DNA from: Octopus vulgaris
Taxonomy: Eukaryota
Reading direction: 5' to 3'
Assembly (NCBI GenBank): GCA_951406725.2
Contig: OX597827.1
Coordinates: 26,474,001-26,538,000, forward strand
Length of the DNA: 64,000 nucleotides
Shown here: in pieces, positions 26,845 through 40,599 of the stretch
Numbering within the stretch: position 1 is the stretch's first letter
How the letters are laid out: each line of letters begins with the position of its first letter
Translations under genes and position numbers: made by a program
The notes under the pieces: generated by a model
Seen by the model: the letters and a program-made list of their open reading frames with translations, nothing else
What the model was told of the DNA's origin: nothing
Databases searched by the model: none

Positions 26845-26911
26845 CTTATAATATGCATCTGTATGCATCTGTATGCATCTGTATGCTTATAATATGCATC
26901 AGTATGCATCT
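26845..26911. repeat. 10-bp minisatellite (tgcatctgta)n
   Basis: direct inspection. Confidence 0.85.
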
Positions 26912-27426
26912 GGTACTTACTTTATCGACCCCGAAAGGGTGAAAGGCAAAGTCAACCTCGGCGTAATTTGAACTCAGCACGTAAAGCCAGACGAAATACC
27001 GCTAAACATTTTGCCCGGCGTACTAACGTTTCTTATTTCTTTATTGCCCACAAGGGGCTAAAAACAGAGAGGACAAACAAGGATAGACATAGGGATTAAG
27101 TCGATTACATCGAAACTAGTGCGTAACTGGTACTTAATTTATCGACCCCGAAAGGATGAAAGGCAAAGTCGGCCTCGGCGGAATTTGAACTCAGAACGTA
27201 GCGGCAGACGAAATACCTATTTCTTTACTACCCTCAAGGGGCTAAACATAGAGGGGACAAACAAGGACAGACAAACGGATTAAGTCGACCCAGTGCGTAA
27301 CTGGTACTTATCTAATCGACTCCGAAAGGTCGACCTTGGTGGAATTCAAACTCAGAGCGTAACGACAGACGAAATACCACTAAACATTTCGTCCGGGTGC
27401 TAACGTTTCTGCCAGCTCGTCGCCTT
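26910..27426 (-). mobile_element. tandem trimer of SINE family A with alternative tail
   Basis: three consecutive A bodies separated by tttcttta..cc.caaggggctaaa..agag..gacaaacaagga.agac segment. Confidence 0.8.
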
Positions 27427-27680
27427 TCAGTGACGTAAATATTGACTGCAAAGTTCAATAAAATTTTGCCAAAATGCAACACACGTTTACTTTGATGGCA
27501 GTTACGATTTACTCCGAATGAGGAAGGAGATCTAATACCAGGAATCAAGTATTGCTTCTGACTTCATAGCTCTCGATACGTGTTTCCATCGCAGTAATTG
27601 ATATTAGCACAGCTTTTGTCTTATCTTAATGCCAACGTGACATAATTCTTCGAAATACACGAAAGGAACAGAAAACATTT

Positions 27681-27856
27681 AGGAGTAGCTGTATGGTAAG
27701 TAACTTACTTACCAACCACATGATTTCGGGTTCAGTCCCGCTGCGTGGCACCTTGGGCAAGTTTCTTCTACTATATCCTCGGGCCGACCTAAGCCTTGTG
27801 AGTGGATTTGGTAGACGGAAACTGAAAGAAGCCCGTCGTATATATGCATATGTATG

Positions 27857-27927
<71 letters not shown>

Positions 27928-28129
27928 TTGTGTGTCTTTGATTGTACCCTCAACATCGTTTGACAACCGATGCTGTTTTGTTTACGTCCCCGTAACTTAT
28001 CGGTTCGGCAAAAAATCAACCGATAGAATAAGTACTATGCTTACAAAGAATAAGTCCTGGGGTCGATTTGCTCGACTAAAGGCGGTGCTCCGGCATGGCC
28101 GCAGTCAAATGAGTGAAACAAGTAAAAGA
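27681..28129 (+). mobile_element. SINE family B, full length
   Basis: matches 7143-7612. Confidence 0.9.
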
Positions 28130-28287
28130 CCTGGTGCAGTTTACAAAACAGAGATAAGAAAACCTACGCAAAATGGCCAGTGGTAATAATTTAACACAAT
28201 GGCAATAGTGATGGACCGAATAGCGTTCTATATTAACTGGCACTCTTAAAGAGACTAAGCTCTGTCATTGTCATTTTCGCAAACCCA

Positions 28288-28570
28288 GTTTCGGTTACGA
28301 CGACGAAGGGGTTTCCACCTGATCCAATCAACGGAACAGCCTTCTCGTGTAACTAACATGTATGTGGCTGAGCACTGCATAGTTACCCGTTCCCATAGCG
28401 CAGTTCTCAAGGAGATGCAACTGGTCGCATAGTGTGACAAGTCTGGCACTTTAAATTACAAGTACCACTCATTTTCGCCTGCTGAATGGACAGGAGGGAT
28501 GTGAAATAAAGTGTCATGCTCAGGAGATTACGATCTTGAGTCGAATGCCCTAACAACTTGGCCACAGGCC
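28288..28570 (-). mobile_element. SINE family C copy
   Basis: cggttacgacgacga..gatcc.atcaacggaacagcc..gtggctgagcact shared with 35670 and 48758. Confidence 0.75.
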
Positions 28571-28594
28571 TTATAAATTGTTGTTTGACTGTAA

Positions 28595-28943
28595 TTACAT
28601 CCGCATTCGCTACGCCGTGTTTGTTTGTTGGTCCGTAGACAAGATATCTCAAGAACGGCTGGATGGATTTGGAGGAAACTTTTAGGGATGTTTGGCCTCG
28701 TGACTGGCACAAACTGATTTGATTTGGGGATTGATCCAGTATCGGGACAAGGATTCTGGATTATTTTTCCTGTTTTTTTTACTTCATTTTTGAGAGCGAT
28801 CGGGTTCATTTTTAGTATTCTCGTTTGTGAGAGCACTGGTGTTTATTTCAGATATTTTCATTTTAAAAATCATCTCTGGCTAATTGTTGAGTGGACGTTG
28901 GTGTTGCCTTGGCGGAGGTTTGTGCTCTCGGAGTTCTCTTGTT
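28595..28943 (+). mobile_element. Helentron/DINE-1-like non-autonomous element (HINE)
   Basis: 5' ttacatccgc, subterminal inverse ccttggcggaggt, 3' small hairpin gctctcggagt, ends ..ttgtt. Confidence 0.6.
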
Positions 28944-29466
28944 ACATTTGCTTTGACACATAAACAAAGGCTTAAATGCTGTGCTTATGATGGTGATGGT
29001 GATTCAATAAGGAAGAGCGACTCCATTTACGATGGCATTTCGTTAACTATTCAACTTTAAGCTCATTAAAAGCTCCATCCCAATGTCTGAAATCGCAGGC
29101 ATGTGTATATTACCATAGGTTGTTGACTTTTATCTTCAGAGGGAAATTTGTAGATACTTATCGGGGCCCTCACCAAGATCCCATACTACCCTGTGTATCA
29201 CATTCACTGTTGCCAAATCGAGGTTTCAGTTCCAAGACCGAGCGATACCGGGCGACGTGACACTTACGTAAGTAATTTTGCGTGTTAATAGCGAATCTAG
29301 TTTATGATTAATCTGTATTCTGTTTCTTTTCATTTGTCTTACTCGCTTACGTTCTGGCGTTTGCTAAATTTTCTTGAGAACATTCCTTTCTTTGTGGTAA
29401 GACCATAGCGGATCTACTTCTAGCATAATGGATGTCCACGTAGTGGTCATCGCTTTTATATGTATG

Positions 29467-29514
<48 letters not shown>

Positions 29515-29689
29515 AGAGAGAAAGAGAGTGAGAGAGATACATACATACATGCAAATACACAGGTAAATACATAGATAGATATCGGCTTTTTTATGTATAT
29601 GTGGTCACATGTGAGTAATTTCTGCTTACAGAGAGGTGCGCGTGAGGCAATAAGTGAGACATCTCAGTGAGTGTCTGTTTGCGTATGTG

Positions 29690-29730
<41 letters not shown>

Positions 29731-32069
29731 GTTTGCATGTGTATGAGTGTGTGAGGGAGGGAGAAGAGAGAAAAAGTCAGAGAAAGAAAGAAAGAGAGTG
29801 AGCGTGAGAGTGAGAGAGAGAGAGAGTGGGGATGACATAGGAGAAAACATGCGTCCGATTCAAAATGTTGAAAGTATTTGTAAAACATATTGAGACAAGT
29901 GTATTTGGCTGATTTTGTTAAATTTCTCGACAGGGAAGCAGAAGAACAGAAGAACAGAAGACGAGGGAGGTAAAAAAGAAAAAAGAAAAAGAAAGAGAAC
30001 AGGGGACGAAATTGTTAGAAATTCTGTGTCCAGTAGGGATTTCTATGCGTTGTATCACTCAACAAGGCAGACAATCTGCTTTTGACAGTGTGCCTATTAC
30101 ATGGCGTGGATCTCTACTCACACACACTTCCCTCCCCTTGCAGATGTACATCCAGTGATGACTTCCGTTTTCTCGTTTCAAGGGAAAGACTGGATTTGGC
30201 AGGCTAGTAGTAGTAGTTGTAGTAGTATTGATTATGGTAATGCTAGTCGTGGTGGTGGTGGTTGTGGTTGTTGTGGTGGTAGTTTTAGTGATCATTTTTG
30301 ACAGTAGCAGCGGTAGTACTGGCAATAATTGTGATTGTAGTGGTGGAGGGAATTGATGGGTGATGTATGCATGTAAGAGTGGTTGTGGTGGTTGTTGTAG
30401 TGGTGGAAGCATAATGGTTGCGGTGGCGTGGTGGTGGTAGTGGTAGTGGTAGTACTAGTTGTGGTGGGGGTGCTGAGGTGATGATAGCACCGTGGTGATA
30501 GTGATAGGAGATTGATGAAAATTCCATTTTTGTGTATGTGTGTTTGCACGCAGGCGCAGTGAGGTTGCTGTTATATTTGACCCCAGCCATGATACAAAAG
30601 ACGGATTTATGAGCAAAGACCATTCCAACCATGTCTAAATCGTTTTTTCGGGTTTATGAACATTATATGCAACGTGTCATTTTAATGCTGGTAAAGTGGA
30701 ATGAATTTTAAAGGAGATTTGACTGCTATGTCTAGCACATCATCTGTTCCATGTGATACTCGATATGAGTAAAATTATAATCAAAGCCATTCCAGCCATA
30801 ACCATCTTGTCGTGTGTTCTTTGTCACAGCAAAGTTGCAAACCTGCTTTTATTGTAAAAATGAGCTTGCAAATATTGAATCCAGGTCAAATTGATTGACG
30901 CCCATTCAATGGATGCCTGGCTCGGATCTTTAACATTTTTCATCTATTCACTCGTGCATCCCTCCGGTTCCCTTCCTTCTGGAAAGTGAGAGCCGCTTTA
31001 TATTATTTCATTAAGCGGATCTCAATTTCTAGAAGAAAGAACCAAAGCTCTTAAAGCAATGGCAAAAGCAACTGAGAAGGAATCCGACTGGTTCTGGTCA
31101 AAGAGGAATCGAATTTCAAAAGGAGTAATTTACCCTACAGTCGATTAGCCTCACAGAACTGAACTGATTCCAAAACCCAAAGCCCCTTGGCTCTGGAACA
31201 TTAGCCACGTAGAGGGGTTGCAATGCAGGCAATAGTACAGAAAGTGGAGAAGTGGAGAAGTGTATCCAGTAGTCAGACCCTGGATGCGACTTGGTCCCTT
31301 TAGAGTGTAAGAAGTCAAGGGCTAAAATACTTGCATTAGGGATTGCTTCTCATCCAAAGACCTGCTGCTATTCAGATCTCTGTAGTTTCTTACTTGTCTA
31401 CGATGTAGTCCGCATCGAGTTATGGTAGCGGTAAAAATGCCTAAACATCTCCTGGGTCGTACTCTACACATTCCGCCATCTTCAGTACTCCTCAGAGCCG
31501 ACTGACGTGCATTGCGCTACGGTACCATGGTGCTATTGTTCAGACGTACTTCAGTTCACTGCAGTGGTTCTTAGTTGTCTTCCAACACAAATCTTCCCCA
31601 TTTTCTGGTTTTGCCTGCATGACTATACTGTTTATTCAGTGACATTTGTATTGATATCATTTTTCTTCGTCCCGAAAATTCACCTCCATCATTTTTCCCT
31701 CCGATAACTCCCTTAGACAGATGAAAGCATGGTCGGGTGGTTAAGAAAATCGCTTTGCAGTCACGTGGTTTCGCGTTCGGTCTCACGGCTCGGTACTTTG
31801 GTCAACTGCTACATCCCTGAGTCGGCCAATTCTATGTTAGCTCACTCATTAGACGGAAACAATGAGGAAGCCCGTCACATGTGAATACCTTTCTTTTATA
31901 AATGCCATTGCTTTTTCCTGTAACTTACCGATAGAATGATTGCAAATTTTAAAGAATGAGTACTGGGATCGATGTTTTCCACAAAACACAAGGTGATGCT
32001 CCAGCATGGCTGTAGCCCAACGTTTCAAACAAGTAAAAGGAAGATATGCATTACTTTTTACTGTTTCTA

Positions 32070-32290
32070 ACTCCTCCATAAACTTCATAAATCTAGATGA
32101 CCACCACAGCAGAACCGCCATCTTTTACAAGCCTACTGGAGCTCACAAATGTATAGATTTCTTGTCATCCTACTTCTTTCTAACAAAATCAACTCATTTC
32201 TACCCACGATTCAACTTCCTCTACCGACTCTCTCGATGGGACTCTACCTTAGAAGGTAAATCTGACCACCTTGTGCATTTCTTCGTCAAC
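32070..32290 (+). pseudogene. degenerate Penelope-like element reverse transcriptase fragment (thumb region)
   Basis: SINFINL..RTAIFYKPTGAHKCIDFLSSY..K..YPRFNFLYRLS..KS..LVHFF resembles the PLE motif FLD..TxVxYKPTxxHxYLxxxSSHP..K..SQFLRLRRxCS..FF. Confidence 0.6.
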
Positions 32291-33364
32291 GTTATCCTCC
32301 ACAACCATCCAGTGAAAGAGATCACCATAAACTGCTTTCTCTCCTCCTTTATCTTCCGTCAGGCCATCCAACCGTCTCGAGCAGTCATGGACAAACTGCG
32401 GCTCGCAGGAATCTCTGAATGGGACACCTAACGAAAAATTAAATTGAATTTCTTTAGCAGTGTGGCCAGCCTGTTGTTGAGCCAAGTCCCATGCAGCTTG
32501 CTACTCAAGTTAGGTTTCCCATGTCTGCTTTAGTACAGTGGTTTGGAACCATTTTGAGGTAATGGCTGGAATCACTGATGTTTCCGTGCGCCCGCGCGGT
32601 AGGCATTATTAATGAGAAAAGTACTTTAATTTTATGATAAATGTTAATAGCAGATACAAGTCACTTTTAAAACTATTAAATGTGAAAAAAAGAATAATGA
32701 AATTTTGAATATTGTTTTAAATTAGTTTAATTAAAGAGTAATTTATTCCTATGAATATTTAACAACTGATAATTGGAATGGCTTATGTTTTAATTGCTTT
32801 AGTAATAAGACTGTGGCTATGCTGGGGCACCACCTTAAAGGGTAGTAGTTGAATCGATCGACACCAGCTTAGGTTTTAAAGTATGTTACTTATTTTATCG
32901 GTGGAACTGACGAACTGCTATGCTTCTAAGACGTAAACAGACTAACAGCAGTTGTCAAGCGCTGGGGAAAAACTCTGATGCAGAGAGAGACACATATATA
33001 GATACATAAACATACATTACATAAATATATATGTATGGATGTATATATATATACGAAGAGCTTCCACGCAGTTTCTTTCACTCACAAAACATTAACCAGT
33101 TTTAAATTACTTCCCGATAATCTGAAATCGATTTCAAATTACCCCTGCACTGTTCACATCAGACCCTCTCTGGTTTGCATAAAGTGATAAATTCTAAGGG
33201 TCACAACTCATGATATTTTCATAGTATTAAACGTAAAACATTCCAGGTTGAAAATTAATCTTAAAATGTCGAGATATATATGAAACAAAATATTGGGTTT
33301 TTAAACATCCTCTAACACTCTTATGATGTCCTCAAGAAAACACTTTGAACACATTAAACACATG

Positions 33365-33522
33365 CGTGGCTGTTGTGATAAGAAGTTTGCTTCCCAACCA
33401 CATGGTTCCAGGTTCAGCTCCATGCGTGATACCTGGATTAAATGTATTTTATTATAGCCATGTGAGTGGATTTGATAGGCGGAGACTGAAAGAAGCCTGT
33501 CGTATAAATAGGACAGTGAGTG

Positions 33523-33560
<38 letters not shown>

Positions 33561-33777
33561 AGCTTATGCTTGGCCGCAACCATGCTTGACAACCGGTATT
33601 GGTATGCTTACGTCCCCATAACTTAGCGGTTCGGCAAGAGAGAACGATAAAATAAGTACCAGGCTTAAATAGAAAAAAGTTAATACTGGGGTCAATTCAT
33701 TTGACTAAAATTTCTTTATGATTATGCCCCAGCATGGCCGCAGTCTAATGATTGAAACAAGTAAGAGGTAAAAGATA
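33365..33777 (+). mobile_element. SINE family B copy
   Basis: head, (TG)n and tail present. Confidence 0.8.
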
Positions 33778-33799
33778 ACACATCCTCGTCACTGTAATA

Positions 33800-34104
33800 A
33801 TTTTGTGCCTTCAGACTATCAACTCTTCATGAAAGAGGGTTTGAGAGGCAAAAATCATTCCAGTGACGAGGAATTGAAAAATGTAGTGAAGAAGTGGCTC
33901 AAAGAACAGTCAACAGAATTTTACGGGGCAGGGATATATGCTCTCGTTTGAAGGTGGAACATTGCTATTGAGAGAAACGGTATATTGAGAAGTAGGGATG
34001 TGATCCACGGAGGACCAGCTTCATTTTGATGTATGATACATGTTTCTGTGTTGGTAATTATACCTGTCCTAAACAAAATGGCATTACTTTTTGACTCATC
34101 CCCG
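33800..34104 (+). pseudogene. mariner 3' fragment with right TIR
   Basis: PSDYQLFMKEGLRGKNHSSDEELKNVVKKWLKEQSTEFYGAGIYALV*RWNIAIERNG; ends ttactttttgactcatccccg-TA. Confidence 0.8.
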
Positions 34105-34779
34105 TATATATATGTATATTTATATTTGTAACAAAATGTAATTTTTTATATATATATAAACATATTTATGTTACAAAATGTAATTATATATATGTATATT
34201 TATGCATTCCAAAATGTGATCGAAATATTATACAAAACAAAATCTATTAATACACTTGTATTTAAAATCCAAACGAGAAGTATTTCTGTACAAAATGAGA
34301 TGAATTAATACACATTAAATGTTATCGAATTATATTTACATATAAAACAAAATATATTCGTACATTATAAATGCAAACGATATGTATTTCTATAAGAAAC
34401 AACGTTAAACACTTTTTGACGGGTATTATTCTAAGTTATCGAAAAATAAAATAATAAGAAGTTTGTGGCCCAACCACATGGTTCCGAGTTCATTCCCATT
34501 TCACGTCCGGCCCTTTGGTCAAGTGTCTTGCATAAAGACTATAACTCGCTCGACCAAAGCTTTGTGAGTGGATTTGGTCCACAGAAGGGGAAAAAGCAAA
34601 CCTTCTCTCTCTCTTTTCCTCCCTCTCTGTATTCTTTTATTCTATTATTTGTTTCAGCTATTTGACTGCGGCCATGTTGGATTACCACATTTAGTCGAAC
34701 AAATCGACCCCAGGACATTGGTTATCAAGTGATGATGAGGCGACAAACACAGAAAAAAAATACACACACGCACAAACAG

Positions 34780-34818
<39 letters not shown>

Positions 34819-34893
34819 CGCACACATACACAGACACACATATATATATACGACGGGCTTCTTGCAGAAGACACTGGCGAAGGAGCACATATG

Positions 34894-34980
<87 letters not shown>

Positions 34981-35669
34981 AGAAAATGAAGAAACTTACC
35001 TGATGACAGTTTATTCAAAGATATACGAATCATAGAAATAATAATAGAATTATACAGTACAGTACTGTTTCCACTTCGCAGATTTTCAACTATCGTATAT
35101 GTGTGTATATGTATATGTGTATGTCTGTGTGGGTGGCTCAGTGTGTCCCTCAACCCCATTTGACAACCAGTGCTGATGTTTTTGCGTCCCTGTAATCTGG
35201 CGGTTTGGCAAAAATAACCGATAGAATAAGTACCAGGCTTTAGAGCAAAAGTGTATTGAGGATCGATTCATTTGACTAAAATATTTGTCAAATCGGTGCC
35301 CCAGCATGGGCGCAGTTTAATATCTGCATCAAGTGAAAGATAAAAATTGGCAGTTGCAAAAATTATAATAATTCTTATATTTATCACCTGATTGGAGGAT
35401 TCGAGGTGGGTGGGGTAGGTGGGGGGTAATTATATGCGTCAGGAGGGAATCGAGCTCAAATGACTCCCCCCATCCCGATGATAACTAGAAATCATCTTAA
35501 TCTAATCCGATCTCCCGGTAAGTTGAACCCAGTTTCAAGATACCGGAAGTTACGTTGAATGGTAGCGAACCTGAAATCACTATACAGGGGTTTTTTTGGT
35601 TGAAGACACTTACCGAGTGCGCCATGCAGTAGAACTGAACTCGAAGCTATAAGATTCTTAACCATATAG

Positions 35670-36045
35670 TGGCACTCCGTCGGTTACGACGACGAGTATT
35701 CCAGTTGATCCGATCAACGGAACAGCCTGCTCATGAAATTAACGTGCAAGTGGCTGAGCACTCCACAGACACTGTACCCTTAACGCAGTGCACGGGGAGA
35801 TGGAGATTCAGCGTTACACAGAGTGTGACAAGTCTGGCCCTTTGAAATACAGGTACAACAGAATCAGTAAGAAAGAGTGAGAGAAAGTTGTGGTGAAAAA
35901 GTACAGCAGGGTTCACCCCCCCCCCCCCCTGCCGGAGCATCGCGGAGCTTTATATGCTTTCGCTCAATAAACACTCACAACGCCCAGTCTGGGAATCGAA
36001 ACCGCGATCCAACGACCGCGATTCCGCTACCCTAACCACTTTAAC
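35670..36045 (-). mobile_element. SINE family C copy with tRNA-like head
   Basis: minus-strand agtggttagggtagcgg..gcggtttcgattcccag (A/B boxes); body shared with 28288 and 48758. Confidence 0.8.
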
Positions 36046-39000
36046 CATATTTTCATACATGGAAACAGTTTAATTTTTGAACTAGAATTTATGATAATAA
36101 ACATTTTCAAAGTATTTTTTCAAAGGTAACTTCTTTTCTACTACTAACGTAATAAACTCCATTAAAATTTCTCTGTCTTTTAATTGCACATTTATTCGCT
36201 ATTATTCTGTTTCACAGAAACAGATATTTTGTGAATTCTATAAAACAAGCATTTATAATTATTATTTTTCCTACATCATATCTATAATCACACATTATAA
36301 AACACATAAATAAAAACTTTTATTGACACCCAGAAAAATTAATAACTTAAAATATTGTTACATTTTAAACATAAAAATGAAATCTTATTGCGGAATAAAA
36401 ATATTTATATATGCTTTTATTGAATTTATCCTGCGAGATCCTTGTGGTTGATGCAGTCTCACAAGTTTTTAAAATCCTGTACCATGTCCGTTACGGTCAA
36501 ATAAAGATCACCTATTTAGAAGTTCTAAGCGATTGTGTGCTAGTAGGAAACACAGTCAGTTAAAACCTGGTTTCAATAGATAAGAAGTAGAAAAAGCAAT
36601 GAAATATAACTTTACCTCCTACCAAAACAATTACAATTTCATAGCAGTTCCACCTACCTGTTCAGAAATTATTGGGAAGCCATGATTAAAGTTATCTCGA
36701 GCAATATGATTACAATAAAACGCATTTCGGCTTTCTTGTTGTCTGATATTAACATCTGCTGAATTTGTCTAAAAGGGGTCAACCGTCCACCTTAGAATGT
36801 TCATTTCTTTTAGCCTAATTTTTATATCATTGAGCAGTTTCTTCAAGTGCTCAATCAAACCCTAAAATACCATTCTCTTGCAGATCGTCCTCAATAGTAG
36901 CAAGAACTGAAACTGCATCATCTTACGCCCAATATTGATTCTAAATAAAGTTTTCCAAACAGAACATTAGGAGGCTCTTTGAAAATTAAAGGTTTTGTAT
37001 TTCTACCTTGTAGCTGTTTAGCAAATTTAGTTTTTCACATATATCTGTAAGGTAAAAAACGTCCCATTTGCTTGCTAGGAGTATCTTTTTTTACTCAGCT
37101 ATTTACTATTCAGAAACATTACAACACCGTCTCAAAGTTCAACAAAATGACGCAGGCAATTACCTTTAGAGATTGTTATCGGTTTTATGAACTTCAAAGC
37201 AGTAACATAATACTTAATCCATCCAAGACCTTCCAATGCCAATTTGAAACATGATTGATCAATAATGAATTATTATTGAAGCATCAAATCAATCTTTTTT
37301 CTTTTGCTCCCTCGATACTAAACTTAGGATATAGAAAGAGCGTATGTGTTCATATGTGAGCATACGTGTATGTGTCTGTATGTATGTTTTTGATTGTAAA
37401 TTTTAAAGAATTTCAATACTAGAATCATTTTTGGAAAAACAATGATAATGGTGTGCCCCGCATTCATTGAACCTGTATCCCTTAGTAATTACCAAATTTT
37501 TCTTTTTGTACTACTAAATTCTTTCTGGGGTCACTCTGAAGCCATATAGCTCGAGGGCACAAAGTTTTGTCTTCTCAATCCTGAAATCTTGCAGTACCGC
37601 TTTTAAATATTTTCTGATTTCTCTTAGACACAACCACAACTTTAGCGACATTTTGGGTCCACAGTTCCTTCACTCGTTGCAACCTTTAACTTGAATATTC
37701 TATCCTCTCTCTCCTGGGGTAACATTTATCCTTTTCTCTACTAAATTACCCTCATGCATGGTTCCAGCCCACATCTCATGTGAACATAGTCTACACCATC
37801 AAATAATCATTCTATGAGTAGAAACTGGTTAACCCATCGTTTTAAGGAGAATTTATTGGATGTCTAACGATATTGGAAACGGATCACATAAATCTGTTGC
37901 CTATCATTTCTCTGCTCCACCATCATCTTTCAGTGGATCTCTTGCATCCGACTTCTTCGCGAACAACGGTTCACTTTCTGCATAACTGTAGCGGCTCACC
38001 GAAGTGTCATGAATCGATTAGCTTCCACCTTCTCCCACTCATCTACACACATGTACATCCACTGATAAACGTTCACACATACACTTCATACGATTTATTT
38101 ACACCACCCCTTCCAAATCCACGCATAAATAATGCTCGTTTCTTAATTCTTACGAAGACATCTTGTTTTGCTAATATCACGTCCACTCACACATTCATGC
38201 CATTACGATGTTATTTCAAAGTCATTTCTGTCACAACTATTGTTACGACCATTTTGTCTACCACCACCTTCCTCTTCAGCATAAACATTCACCATTCTTG
38301 CACTCTACCACACAGCGCATGGCCGACATTAACCGATGACTTAACACAGTTTATTCTATTTCAGACCAATGTACCTGTTTGTTTCTGATTTGTTCAATGT
38401 GCACTTGTATCCATATGCTGGTTCTTTAAGTCTTATGCATACATTTATTCTCCAACAGTACATCCGTTTTTCTATTGCAGATGTGTGGCTTGACAAATAA
38501 CAATTTTCCGAAACGTAGACACCATGTATGTATGTATGTGTGTGTGTATGTATGTGCGTCTGTATGCACGTGTGTATATATGTATGTATGCATGTGCATA
38601 TGTATGTGTGTAAGTGTGTATGTATTTATGTATGTATGTGTGTATGTATGTATGTATGTATGTATGTATGTGTGAATGTATGTGCGTATGTAATGTATGT
38701 GTGTATGTATATGTGTATGTATGTATATGTATGTATGCATATATGTGTGTATGTATGCATGGACGCATGTATGTGTGTATATATGTGTGTGTCTATGTAT
38801 GCATTAGGCATGTATGTGTGTATGCGTGTATGTGTGTATAGGTGAGATGTTGTAATTATAGTATTTCAGTGACAGTGTCCATAACTGGTGCTGGTATACC
38901 AGAATATGATTGTACGGTAATAATAACAGCGGTGTGTAGTTTGTGGCATTTGTAACAGTAGTAGCAGTAGTAGTAGTTGTTGTTGCTGTTGTGAAAGGTT

Positions 39001-39799
39001 GAGAGATGTTCAAAGGTGCGTGCGGGTTAATGGTTGTAGTGATGGCGGTGATAGTGACGGTCGTGCGTGTGTGTGTGTGTGTGGGGGGGTCCCGTCAGGT
39101 GATTATGCTCATGGTGTTATAGTAAATAGTGTAAGGAAGTGTGAATGCGCGTGGCCTAGTGGTTAGTATGTTGCATCCGAAATCGGAAGAGCATCATTTC
39201 GATTCCCAGACGAGTGGTGCGTTGTGTTCTTGATGCATAAAAAAAAGACAACTTGTTAATTCATTTCATGTTCCTGCAATCCACTCGGCTAAAGGGACAC
39301 CCCCGCCCCGATGGATTGGCGTCTCCTCGTGGATGAAACACGACCTATCCACCAAGCTCAGTGGAATGCTATCATTTAAAGTCAACAACAAACAACAATG
39401 CGACGAAGCGCAACGTGACCAGCGGTGCATAACTACATTCGATAATCTGGTCGTTGTTGTGATACAGTGATAATAGAAGCATGCTCTCAACACTATGGAT
39501 GGTATAAGGTGGTGTGATAGTAGAAGCGTTAGCAAACGGAGGAAAGAATGCTAAGCAGCATTTCGCCCGTCTTACGTTTTGAGTTAAAATGCGACCGAGG
39601 CCTAACTTAACATATTTTTTTCTTTCCAAGTCGATTAAAGAAATACCATCTGAGTACTAAGCTCGATTTAATCGACATTCCCCTTTCCCGAAATTGCTGG
39701 CCTTGAGAGAAAATTAGAAACCAATAACTTGATAATACTGTAGACTTAGAATTTTGATGTAAGTGATAACAGTATGGTACTGGAGGTGGTACTATAGTG

Positions 39800-40570
39800 A
39801 CTGGTCACCTCCTCCAAAATTTCGGGCCTTGTATCTTGAGTAGAAAAGAATATAAAGGATTTATATTATTATCATTATTATTGTTGTTGTTGTTGTCCGC
39901 CGAGGTCGACTTTGCTTTCATCCTTTCGGACTCGATAAATTAAGTACCAGTTGTGTACTGGAGTCGACCAAATCGACTGGTCACCGCCTCCAAAATTTCT
40001 AGCCTTGTGCTTTGACTAGAAAAGAATATAAAGGATTTTTATTATTATCATTAATATTATTATTGTTGTTGTTGTTGTCCGCCAAGGTCGACTTTGCTTT
40101 TCATCCTTTCGAAGTCGATAAAATAAGTACCAGTTGTGTACTGGAGTCGACCAAATCGACTGGTCACCGCCTCCAAAATTTGAGCTTTGTGCTTTGACTA
40201 GAAAAGAATATAAAGGATTTTTATTATTATCATTAATATTATTATTGTTGTTGTTGTTGTCCGCCAAGGTCGACTTTGCTTTCATCCTTTCGAAGTCGAT
40301 AAAATAAGTACCAGTTGTGTACTGAAGTCAACCAAATCGACTGGTCACCGCCTCCAAAATTTCGAGCCTTGTGCTTTGACTAGAAAAGAATATAAAGGAT
40401 TTTTATTATTATCATTATTATTATTATTGTTGTTGTTGTTGTTGTTGTCCGCCAAGGTCGACTTTGCTTTTCATCCTTTCGAAGTCGATAAAATAAGTAG
40501 CATTTGTGTACTGGGGTCGATATAATCGATTTGTCCCCACCTCCCCAACCTGTCCTTGTATCAAAAATTT
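39800..40570 (+). repeat. tandem array, about 4 units of ~180 bp, derived from the headless 3' part of SINE family A
   Basis: unit ctggtcacc.cctccaaaattt..tagaaaagaatataaaggatt..(ttg)n tccgcc.aggtcgactttgc..aagtaccagttgtgtactg repeated. Confidence 0.9.
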
Positions 40571-40599
40571 GAAATAAAAATTATTATTATGATTGTCAA

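Noticed and set aside
31020-31620. Possible decayed LINE RT
   Set aside because: Only faint motif resemblance; no frame can be supported
34999-35040. CTGATGA followed by a distant GAAA
   Set aside because: No stem II, I or III pairing
35960-36045. tRNA gene-like A/B boxes (also 39148-39215 and all SINE heads)
   Set aside because: Attached to SINE bodies with no convincing cloverleaf; treated as tRNA-derived SINE heads
39800-40570. CRISPR-like regular repeat
   Set aside because: Units repeat throughout with no unique spacers, are SINE-derived, and there are no cas genes; eukaryotic context
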